A stretch of 32,950 bases of DNA from a virus (lineage: Duplodnaviria > Caudoviricetes): positions 1-32,950 of IMG/VR virus record IMGVR_UViG_3300032328_000909; one strand, written 5' to 3'. A program made the position numbers and the translations under genes. Positions 9,071-16,439 of this stretch are shown piece by piece (the stretch's first letter is position 1; each line of letters begins with the position of its first letter). The notes under the pieces are model-generated. The model was not told the origin of the DNA. It made no database searches and was given only the letters and a program-made list of their open reading frames with translations.

Positions 9071-10530
9071 GTCAACCCCAGGGCTGCGAGCCTCGAGGGG
9101 TCCTTATCGATGGCGCTCATAGCTGCGGCTAGTTGGGAGGCTCGCATTACAACCCAAGCTAGTGCCTGCGTCGAAGCGTCCACGGAATCATCATGCGCCC
9201 CCTTGGGGAACGCTAGTAGTTCGGCTTCGTGATCGTCTATCCAAGGCGCGTGCTCGGGCAAGGGGTGAAGCACGTTCCCCGCTTCGTAGTAGGGAGCCAC
9301 TCCGTTAGCGCGTGCAATCTTCCCGCCCTCGGGCTCTATCTCGACAAAGCCCGAGATCTTCTTTTTGAGGTGCGAGACTACAGCAGGGCCGTTTGCCTTC
9401 GCTTCCACGAGCTTCACGCCCGCGCGTGGCCACTTGCGGCACATGGCTTCTACGGCTGCGACGGTGCCCGGGAAGTCCAAGCGCTCATGGATCCTATCCA
9501 AGAGGTAGTATTCCCCCCCGAGCACGCCCCACACTTGCCCGCAAACAAAGTCCGAATCTTTCTCTCCCTTGAAAGCCATGTCCCAAGACTGCAAGAGCAT
9601 CTCGAAACGCGCGGGCGCTGCGGCGTAGCGCTTGAACCAAGCGCGTTGGAAGATTGCCCCGCCCTCGGGCGTTGGGCGCTGCTGTTCTTGCGCTGCGGCG
9701 CCGATAGGGCCCATCTCGCGAGCTCTCGCGGAGACCTCCGTATCAGAGAAGCGGGAAGGAAAGAGAAGCTCCCCGTCATCTTCCCGAGGGTCTTTGAACC
9801 CTATCGAGGTGCTACAGGGTCTTGAGGACTCGAAGCGCATAGGAAGGCGCAAGAAGTCCCATCCCCCCTCTTTCTCGAAGATGCCCGCTAGGTCCCTCTC
9901 GTGTAGCCGCTGCATGATTAGGACGGCTGCGCCCCCTTCGTCTTCGGGGAGGATTCGAGATCGAAGCGTGGTCTTCCAAAGGTCTTCGCAATTGTCTAAG
10001 GCGACCTTCGTTAGATTGCCCGGCTTGATAGGATCGTCGATTACGACGCGGTGCGCGTGGCGCCCCGTGATTCCTCCCTCGAAGGAAGTGCCGTAGCGAA
10101 AGCCCCCCGCGCTGGTAGCGAAGTCTCCCGCAGCCGCTTCCTTTGCGGGCACGGTAAAGAGGTGCCCCCAACGTTGGCGGAACCAAGAGCTTTGCACTAG
10201 CTGCAAGCACCTCCCGCCGTCACGCTTGCCCGTTAGGCGCCCGTCGTAGGAGGTGAAGATCCATCGCAGCTTCGGGTCTTGGATCCAAGACCACACAGGC
10301 CAGAAGACGCACGTGGTTAGGCTCTTCATGCAGCCGGGCGGGATATTGATCACGAGACGGCGGATCTCCCCGCGGTGCACCGCTTCGAGGTGCTCGCAGA
10401 CCGCGCCAATGTGCCAGTTATCCTTGAACGGCCCGGGCTCTACTTGATGCCACGCCATCCGGACGAAGGCGTGCAAGCCGTCCACTAGCCCCACGGTTCG
10501 ATCAAGGGACACGAGAGCCCCGGGCTTCAT
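9067..10530 (-). CDS. terL: Terminase large subunit
   Basis: Walker A 'INIPPGCMKS', Walker B 'VVIDDPIK', 'IMQRLHERDL', nuclease motifs 'QSWDMAFK' and 'FPKGAHDDSVDA'. Confidence 0.95.
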   Translation of the reverse strand: MKPGALVSLDRTVGLVDGLHAFVRMAWHQVEPGPFKDNWHIGAVCEHLEAVHRGEIRRLVINIPPGCMKSLTTCVFWPVWSWIQDPKLRWIFTSYDGRLTGKRDGGRCLQLVQSSWFRQRWGHLFTVPAKEAAAGDFATSAGGFRYGTSFEGGITGRHAHRVVIDDPIKPGNLTKVALDNCEDLWKTTLRSRILPEDEGGAAVLIMQRLHERDLAGIFEKEGGWDFLRLPMRFESSRPCSTSIGFKDPREDDGELLFPSRFSDTEVSARAREMGPIGAAAQEQQRPTPEGGAIFQRAWFKRYAAAPARFEMLLQSWDMAFKGEKDSDFVCGQVWGVLGGEYYLLDRIHERLDFPGTVAAVEAMCRKWPRAGVKLVEAKANGPAVVSHLKKKISGFVEIEPEGGKIARANGVAPYYEAGNVLHPLPEHAPWIDDHEAELLAFPKGAHDDSVDASTQALAWVVMRASQLAAAMSAIDKDPSRLAALGLT

Positions 10531-11267
10531 TGCTCCGTGACGCCTAGGGCTCGTTGCAAGTGCCTACGCGCTTTGCTGATAACGAGCTCCGCGGTCTTGA
10601 CGGGAATTCCCTTGGACTTGGCTAGCTCTGCGATAGAGATCTCCCCGCCAGCTTCCACGTAGAACGCTACGATCAAGTCCCGAGAGCGCTCGGAAAGCCC
10701 CGCTAGCGCAGCCTCGAGCTCTTGGGTTAGCGCCTCAGGGTTGGACCCGTCATGGTCCGAGGTACCGAGGATCGTGTAGGGGGATGTCTGATCCGAATCA
10801 TCGTCTTGAATCGAGACGAAGCCGGGCGCCATGGTCCAGTCATCCCAATCCGAACGGCTCACCCCGAGGTCTTCGGGCGTGGGCTCGCAGCCGTGCGTTA
10901 GTCGCCACTTGTTAGCCGCAGCCGCGACGGGCGCGGGGATCCGATGCTGGCGCGTGCGCCGGATAGACGTGGCGTGCTGCAAGGCTTGCTGTACCTCGTG
11001 CCGAATCCAGTAAGCCGCGTAGGTAGAGAACGAACCTTTGCCAGGCTCGTAGGTCTCGAGGGCGCGTGTCACCCCGATCAGCGCAGCTTGCAAAACGTCT
11101 TCGTCTTCCCCGCCGATCCCGTACCTTCGAGAAAGCCGGATCGCTAGGGGACGGTTCATCTCTACTAGGGCGTCTCGCATGCGCTGCGCACGCTTGGGCT
11201 CTTCCTTCGCGTTACGCACGGCTACGTACTCCGCAAGCTTCTTGATGCGCTCACTAGCTTGTGACAC
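10527..11267 (-). CDS. Phage-encoded sigma-70 family RNA polymerase sigma factor
   Basis: Region 2 'LVEMNRPLAIRLSRRY...EDVLQAALIGVTRALETYEPGKGSFSTYAAYWIRHEV', region 3 'GCEPTPEDL', region 4 'LSERSRDLI..FY...ISIAELAKSKGI'. Confidence 0.88.
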   Translation of the reverse strand: MSQASERIKKLAEYVAVRNAKEEPKRAQRMRDALVEMNRPLAIRLSRRYGIGGEDEDVLQAALIGVTRALETYEPGKGSFSTYAAYWIRHEVQQALQHATSIRRTRQHRIPAPVAAAANKWRLTHGCEPTPEDLGVSRSDWDDWTMAPGFVSIQDDDSDQTSPYTILGTSDHDGSNPEALTQELEAALAGLSERSRDLIVAFYVEAGGEISIAELAKSKGIPVKTAELVISKARRHLQRALGVTEQ

Positions 11268-12069
11268 GGGAGCCCCCCTTTCGGCGGGAGAGCATATCCA
11301 CGGTCTGGATCAACATCGATTCCCCCCGATGGATCGGGACGTTCCAATGCATGAACTTCCCCGAGCCCGCGACGAATTGCAGCCCGTAGCCGTGACTCCA
11401 AGACGTTGGGGAGGTGTGCGCGTAAAGCGGCTGTAGCTTCGCCAAGGTGCCGGGGCACCAAGCGCCGAACCCCTCGGAAACGACGGTACGCTCTACAACG
11501 CTTTGCGAGCGGTGCACGTGTCCAAAGACCACGTTCGCGCCGAAGCGTGCAACGTGCGTAGCTGCGGCGTGCCTCGAGTGGCTCACCCCGTGGACGAAGT
11601 GCACTTTCCCAAGCCGGATAGCCCCAGGGATAGAGAGCCCCATGTATTGCTCGGAGCGCTTGTAATACCTGATCCCCCTCTGCTTTAGCTCGAGGGCTGC
11701 GGCCGGGCCGAAGCGCTCAAGAAGCATATCAGCGTCTTTCTTGTTAGTGAACGTGCGCGCGGCCCATCGTTCCACGTGGGCTTCGTGGTTGCCCTCGAGG
11801 TATTGAATCGAAGCCTTGGGCGCAGCCTTTTGGATCGCATCTAGGAAGGAATTCGTAGCGGAACAGTCATCCTCGTAGCTCTCGGGGATCTCATTCGTGT
11901 AGCTGCGCTGATGCGTAGAGAACGTGCCCCCCGCGTCGAGGTGATCCCCGAGCATCACGATCTGTTCAGGGCAGATCGCTTTGAGGTCGGTAAGGAACGC
12001 GGCACGCGCGGCAAGGTCGATATGTGCGCCGTGCGAATCGGGGATGATCACTCTTGAAACGGTGCTCAT
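11254..12069 (-). CDS. Calcineurin-like metallophosphoesterase
   Basis: Motifs DSH, GDHLD, GNHE, HG and GHVH in the expected order. Confidence 0.88.
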   Translation of the reverse strand: MSTVSRVIIPDSHGAHIDLAARAAFLTDLKAICPEQIVMLGDHLDAGGTFSTHQRSYTNEIPESYEDDCSATNSFLDAIQKAAPKASIQYLEGNHEAHVERWAARTFTNKKDADMLLERFGPAAALELKQRGIRYYKRSEQYMGLSIPGAIRLGKVHFVHGVSHSRHAAATHVARFGANVVFGHVHRSQSVVERTVVSEGFGAWCPGTLAKLQPLYAHTSPTSWSHGYGLQFVAGSGKFMHWNVPIHRGESMLIQTVDMLSRRKGGSRVTS

Positions 12070-12638
12070 TCGGCACCCAAGAGGGCGCGAACTACTGCAA
12101 CGGAAGGCAGCCCGTGAGTGCTGCGGTGCACGTTATCAAGGTCCGGGCCCTGGTTCCACGGACGGTCAATCAAGATCGCTTGGCGCCCTTGCTTGCGCGT
12201 CCACGCCACGCACGTTGCGTAACGGTCTTCTATCAAGAGGTCCCCCGGAACTTCGGCCTTTTCTTTCGCGTGGCAGAAGTGCACTTGATCGACGTGACCA
12301 CGAAGCCACGCCGCGCGCTCTTGCACCCACGTAGGGGCGCCCGTAAACGGCGCCGTGAGGCACACGATCTCCCCGAGGGGGCGCAGCGCTGCGAGCCATG
12401 CTTGCGCGCCAGCGTACCACTCTAGCGAAGCCGCGAAGCCGGGCGAGGTGCAAGCCACTTGCATTTGCTCTTGCTCTCTTTCCGAGAGGTGCTTGCGCAC
12501 GTCGTAAGAGGTGAAGCGCTCGGGCGTGTACTTCGCAGCACCCCGCCAAGGGTGAGGGTTCAAAGCGTCCAACGCCGCGCAGACGCCCCCGGCAAAGTCC
12601 GCTAGCACCCCATCGCAATCAACTAAGATCGTCTGCAT
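12066..12638 (-). CDS. HAD-family 5'(3')-deoxyribonucleotidase (NT5C-like)
   Basis: 'ILVDCDGVLADF', 'CLTAP', 'DLLIEDR', 'DRPWN'; start re-assigned to ATG 12638. Confidence 0.85.
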   Translation of the reverse strand: MQTILVDCDGVLADFAGGVCAALDALNPHPWRGAAKYTPERFTSYDVRKHLSEREQEQMQVACTSPGFAASLEWYAGAQAWLAALRPLGEIVCLTAPFTGAPTWVQERAAWLRGHVDQVHFCHAKEKAEVPGDLLIEDRYATCVAWTRKQGRQAILIDRPWNQGPDLDNVHRSTHGLPSVAVVRALLGAE

Positions 12639-12984
12639 CACCGTCCCCCACCGTCCAAAGCTCCCCGTTGTCCGAAAGCAACGCAACAACGTGCGGCGTA
12701 GCTAGGCGGATAGCCGTCTCTTCCAAGGCGTCGAAGTCTTTGCCTTTGGCGAGGTGTCCCGCGAAAAACTGCCCCAAGCCCGAAGCCTCAAGAAAGACGT
12801 GTAGGACCTCGTGCACGAGCACCGAGCGCATGCGGCTCGGGGTGTTCTCTTCGTGCAAGTAGATCGCGCCCGCGTCGAAGTCCGAAAGCCCGTACTTGTC
12901 CGAAAGGGCCGGGACCTCCTTAGGGGAGGCGACGATCACGCGTATCTCTTGCCCGCAGATCACAAGGGTCTTTAGAACTTGCAT
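12619..12984 (-). CDS. HEXXH-motif putative zinc metallopeptidase-like protein
   Basis: 'YGLSDFDAGAIYL......RSVLVHEVLH'; ATG 12984 overlaps the upstream TGA. Confidence 0.65.
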   Translation of the reverse strand: MQVLKTLVICGQEIRVIVASPKEVPALSDKYGLSDFDAGAIYLHEENTPSRMRSVLVHEVLHVFLEASGLGQFFAGHLAKGKDFDALEETAIRLATPHVVALLSDNGELWTVGDGDADDLS

Positions 12985-13475
12985 CAGGTCTCTTCTTCTT
13001 GCGCCTGAAACCAGGCTAGGAACGCTGCGCAGCAAGCCGCATGTGCGAGGTGCGGAAAGCCGCTCTCGGGGTCCAAGACCTCCCCGCCAAGACGGGCGCA
13101 CACGTGGCGCGCGAAGGCTTGGGCGTAGCGCTCGGGGGCGTTCGGGACCTTCTTCCAATTGTCCACGGAATACTTGCGCGCTCCGAATTCGAGCACCTCC
13201 CCCATGGCTAGGTGCGGTTCCCGGCGATCCAAGAACCAAAGGGCTTGCGTTACGTACCGCAGTTTCTCCCCCCCGGAATTCGTGACCATTGCGCAATCCA
13301 AAGCCGCGCGCGCTTGGCTCCAATGCTCCGAGGGGGAGTAGACAGATCCCAAAGCCCCCTCGGGTATCAGATCTACGCGTGCTTTCCCTGCGTCGTCTTT
13401 GCGTCCGTCTACCATCGGCCCGGGCCCTTCTAGGGTTGCTTGCATTCGTTCAAAAAGTTCCGCGGGGTACTTCAA
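12984..13475 (-). CDS. dATP/dGTP diphosphohydrolase N-terminal-domain (DUF5664-like) protein
   Basis: 'GRKDDAGKARVDLIP', 'VLEFGARKYSVDNW', 'DPESGFPHLAHAACC'. Start is either TTG 13475 (overlapping the pol stop) or ATG 13445. Confidence 0.8.
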   Translation of the reverse strand: MKYPAELFERMQATLEGPGPMVDGRKDDAGKARVDLIPEGALGSVYSPSEHWSQARAALDCAMVTNSGGEKLRYVTQALWFLDRREPHLAMGEVLEFGARKYSVDNWKKVPNAPERYAQAFARHVCARLGGEVLDPESGFPHLAHAACCAAFLAWFQAQEEET

Positions 13476-15346
13476 GCAGCCCAAGGGATCAGCTTCCCGT
13501 CTGCGCCTACGAGGCGCTTCGCGTCTTTCGACCAGTACCGCATGAGTAGCGGTTCCGTTGTAGCGGGCACGTCCGGAAGCCACTCGTTAGCCCCCACGAT
13601 CATCAATAGGGCGAGCTCTTCCGCAGCTTCGTGCGCCCGCGCCTCGGGCACCTCAAGAATGAATTCATCGTGCACGTAGCAGACGATCCTTGATCCGAAG
13701 AGAGGGGAGGCACGATCCACGTAACAAGCCTTCGCGATCAGGAAACCCGCGTGCTTCGTCGCGTCTGCTCCGAGCCCTTGAAAGAACGAATTGCACGCCG
13801 CGGTATACGAGGCGCCCCCACGCACGCGGTTAGATCCGATCTGCGTAATCGTGGCGCCGTATGGCCCATCGGAAAGACGGGACACGAGGGCAAAGTATTC
13901 GCGCATTTCGGGCCACTGGCGTAGCCACTGGTCTTTTAGGTCTTGCGCTTGCTCTTCGGTAAGCGTCACCCCGTAGCCCTTGCGAGCGAAGAGCACTAGG
14001 GTCTTGATCCCGAGCCCCCCGGGGAAGCCGAAGTTAGCGACCTTCGCTACCTGGCGGGCGTTCTGTACGTCTTCGTCTTTCTTGCGCGCCTTGGCTTCGT
14101 CGTAGGTGATCCCGAGGATCGTAGCGGCTAGGGCCAAGTGGGGATCTAGCCCCGCGTTCAATGCCCCTGCGAGCTCCGAGCGCCCTAGCAAGGTAAGGCA
14201 CGTCTGCGCCAAGGTCCGAAGCTCTAGCCCGTCGTAATCGCTTTGCGCGAACACGAAGCCCGGGCGCGGTACGAAGCACTCTCGAATCCCGCGCATGCGG
14301 CGCCAATTCTGGATATTCGGCTTGGCGCTCGTAGTGCGCCCGGTCTCCGCAAGGTCGAAGCGCGTGTGTATCGGGTACTCCACACCTTGCACGAGGGCCG
14401 CGTAATCCTTCGATAGAACGCCCTTCAAGGCAGTAGCCCGGGCGTAGTCTTCTAAGATCTCGTCCCCCGTCGCTTCGCACGCGTCTGCATCTAGCGAGAC
14501 GTTGCCCGTGTCCGTGAGGCGCAGCGGCTTACCCTCGGAACCGTTCGCGGGCTCGAATACGCCCGGGGAGGTCTCTTTCCAGCCGCACACCTCGAGCATG
14601 AGGGACTTCGCGCGCTTCGTGTCCCGGGACCCGTTGTGCCGCAAGAGCCCTTCCTTGATAAGCCGGGCTTCAATGCCCGAAAGCTCTTCGGAAGTGGCCT
14701 CGCACAATTGCCGCACGCCCTCGGGCGTGGTCCGAAGCCCCCACGCCGAAGCGAGGTGTAGCCACCAAGCCGCGCGGGCTTGCCTGTACTGGTCTGCGAG
14801 GTACTCCCCCGCGTGCTCTTCTTGTGCTTGGTAGATCTCCCACGTAGCCCTAGCATCTTCGAGGGGGTAGGTACGGGCGCCCTCGGGCCACTCTGCGAGG
14901 GGTACGCCGATAAGCTCCCCGTAGCGCAAGCGCCACGTGTCTTTATCCAGCGTGCGCCCGCAGAGACGGCGCGTTAGCGCGTCTAGCGAGTAGTCGTATT
15001 TTACCCACCTCCCGCCTTGGCCGAAGCGCCCGCGGTAACAACCCGCTGAGATGTCCAAGAGCTTCTGACGGATCATCGTATCGGTGATCTGGTCTTGCTC
15101 ATATGCCTTGAACACGAGGGGGATCAGCGTGTGATCCGCAGCGCACAAGACCGCAAGGTCATAGGCCACGTTGTGACCTACGAGGGTGTGCCCGTTCATA
15201 AGCCACGTGCGCACGAGGCTTACCCCGTCTCGGGGCGTCTCGAGGTGCGGGCCCTCGCCTTCGCTCTGCCATGTGAGACACGCGAGCTCGGGGGCGCAAC
15301 GCGCGGGGGCGATAAGCGCCGTCTCCGTATCAAAGGCGATGATCAT
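13472..15346 (-). CDS. Family A DNA polymerase with 3'-5' exonuclease domain
   Basis: ExoI 'FDTET', ExoII 'HNVAYD', ExoIII 'YPLED'; 'TGRTTS..PNIQN'; motif A 'DYDGLELR', motif B 'RQVAKVANFGFPGG', motif C 'VHDE'. Confidence 0.95.
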   Translation of the reverse strand: MIIAFDTETALIAPARCAPELACLTWQSEGEGPHLETPRDGVSLVRTWLMNGHTLVGHNVAYDLAVLCAADHTLIPLVFKAYEQDQITDTMIRQKLLDISAGCYRGRFGQGGRWVKYDYSLDALTRRLCGRTLDKDTWRLRYGELIGVPLAEWPEGARTYPLEDARATWEIYQAQEEHAGEYLADQYRQARAAWWLHLASAWGLRTTPEGVRQLCEATSEELSGIEARLIKEGLLRHNGSRDTKRAKSLMLEVCGWKETSPGVFEPANGSEGKPLRLTDTGNVSLDADACEATGDEILEDYARATALKGVLSKDYAALVQGVEYPIHTRFDLAETGRTTSAKPNIQNWRRMRGIRECFVPRPGFVFAQSDYDGLELRTLAQTCLTLLGRSELAGALNAGLDPHLALAATILGITYDEAKARKKDEDVQNARQVAKVANFGFPGGLGIKTLVLFARKGYGVTLTEEQAQDLKDQWLRQWPEMREYFALVSRLSDGPYGATITQIGSNRVRGGASYTAACNSFFQGLGADATKHAGFLIAKACYVDRASPLFGSRIVCYVHDEFILEVPEARAHEAAEELALLMIVGANEWLPDVPATTEPLLMRYWSKDAKRLVGADGKLIPWAA

Positions 15347-15696
15347 AGCGCCGCCTCTAGAACCGCTTCGATAGAGTTTCGAGCGTTCTGCATGCGCAGC
15401 CGCAAGCCGTCCCTATCGTCTTGGGTCTCTTCGAGTTCCTTCCGATAGTTCTCCGCTAGCTCCCGCACTTCCTCGAGAGTCTTTTGGGTGTTTTTGAGTT
15501 CTTCCCTGACTTCCTCGAGGAAGACCTCGAGCCCTTCGACCTTCGCGGCGTTGTCTTCGTTCTCGCGTTCGGCTTCGTGGGCAATCAAGAGATCGTGCAC
15601 GAGGGACATAACGAGAATGTCCGAAGCACATTCGATCTCGATTCGTGCGAGGTCGGACGCGTCTAGCTGCGGGGAAGAGCCTTTTAGGATGTGCAT
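15343..15696 (-). CDS. Hypothetical coiled-coil protein
   Basis: 117 aa, Glu/Leu-rich heptads, AGGAG Shine-Dalgarno upstream, ATGA overlap with pol. Confidence 0.7.
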   Translation of the reverse strand: MHILKGSSPQLDASDLARIEIECASDILVMSLVHDLLIAHEAERENEDNAAKVEGLEVFLEEVREELKNTQKTLEEVRELAENYRKELEETQDDRDGLRLRMQNARNSIEAVLEAAL

Positions 15697-15713
15697 TAGT
15701 TAGCTCCTAGATA

Positions 15714-15772
15714 GAAAAAGCGGGGAGCCTTGGAGGGCCGCAATTGAAGCGACATAGCCCAAGACTCCCCGC
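15714..15772 (-). terminator. Intrinsic terminator-like hairpin
   Basis: On the minus strand GCGGGGAGTCTTGG...CCAAGGCTCCCCGC (14-bp stem, one G-U pair, about 25-nt loop) followed by TTTTTCT. Confidence 0.55.
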
Positions 15773-15774
15773 AG

Positions 15775-15846
15775 ACCGCGCGGCGGGCTTTGCACCCGCA
15801 TCCCCCCGCTACAATGCGGGGATTCTTCCCGTTGAACTACGCGCGG
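15775..15846 (-). tRNA. tRNA-like gene with a non-canonical anticodon loop (identity undetermined)
   Basis: Minus strand: CCGCGCG-TA-GTTC-AACGGGAA-GAAT-C-CCCGC-ATTGTA-GCGGG-GGGAT-GCGGG-TGCAAAG-CCCGC-CGCGCGG-T. All four stems pair; no encoded CCA. Confidence 0.75.
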
Positions 15847-15873
15847 CGTACGCCCCTTTGCGGGGCTTGTGTC

Positions 15874-16350
15874 TCACTCCGCAGGGCTGAATTGATGCCG
15901 GTGGTAAAACTGCCCCGGCTTGCCCTTGCTCTCTTTCAAGAAGACAGAGTCACGAACGAAGAGCCCCGCCATAGCCTGATCGGGACCTACGGTAGCGTCT
16001 GCAACGGTTTCGATCTCTTCGTCGAATTCTTTGATCTGCGCCGCTTGCGAGGGGTCCGAAGGCGAGAGCCCCGAGCAAGCGTAGAGGAAGCCTTTCAACG
16101 CGCCGAAGCCGATATCCTTGTCCGTGAGCTTCTGCGCCCAAGAGCGCTTGGACCCAACGGGATCGATGATCTCCCCCTTCTCATTCTTCTTGCCCGTGGC
16201 GTTCTCTACTACCTCACACTCTGCGATGAACACGGGACCGCTACGGCCAGTGACAAGGCACCGCAGCACCCTCAACTTGAAATCTCCCTCACCGAGATAC
16301 TGCCCCGCTTCGCTGGTCTTTGCTCCTTTGAGTCCGCCGAATGCTCCCAT
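15874..16350 (-). CDS. Putative single-stranded DNA-binding protein
   Basis: 158 aa, beta-rich 'YLGEGDFKLRVLRC...FIAECEVVE'; AAGGAG Shine-Dalgarno; lies between helicase and polymerase. Function is inferred mostly from synteny. Confidence 0.5.
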   Translation of the reverse strand: MGAFGGLKGAKTSEAGQYLGEGDFKLRVLRCLVTGRSGPVFIAECEVVENATGKKNEKGEIIDPVGSKRSWAQKLTDKDIGFGALKGFLYACSGLSPSDPSQAAQIKEFDEEIETVADATVGPDQAMAGLFVRDSVFLKESKGKPGQFYHRHQFSPAE

Positions 16351-16439
16351 GATTGCTCTAGCTCCTTTGCCCGCGGCTTGCGAGTGATAGGAACTTACTG
16401 GCTAGGAGAGAATATGTTCAGCGGTTTTTTCTGCGCGCT

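Noticed and set aside
11254-15346. Complete 2-aminoadenine (Z) pathway
   Set aside because: No adenylosuccinate-synthetase-like purZ or HD dATPase is recognisable in the window; kept only as a hypothesis.
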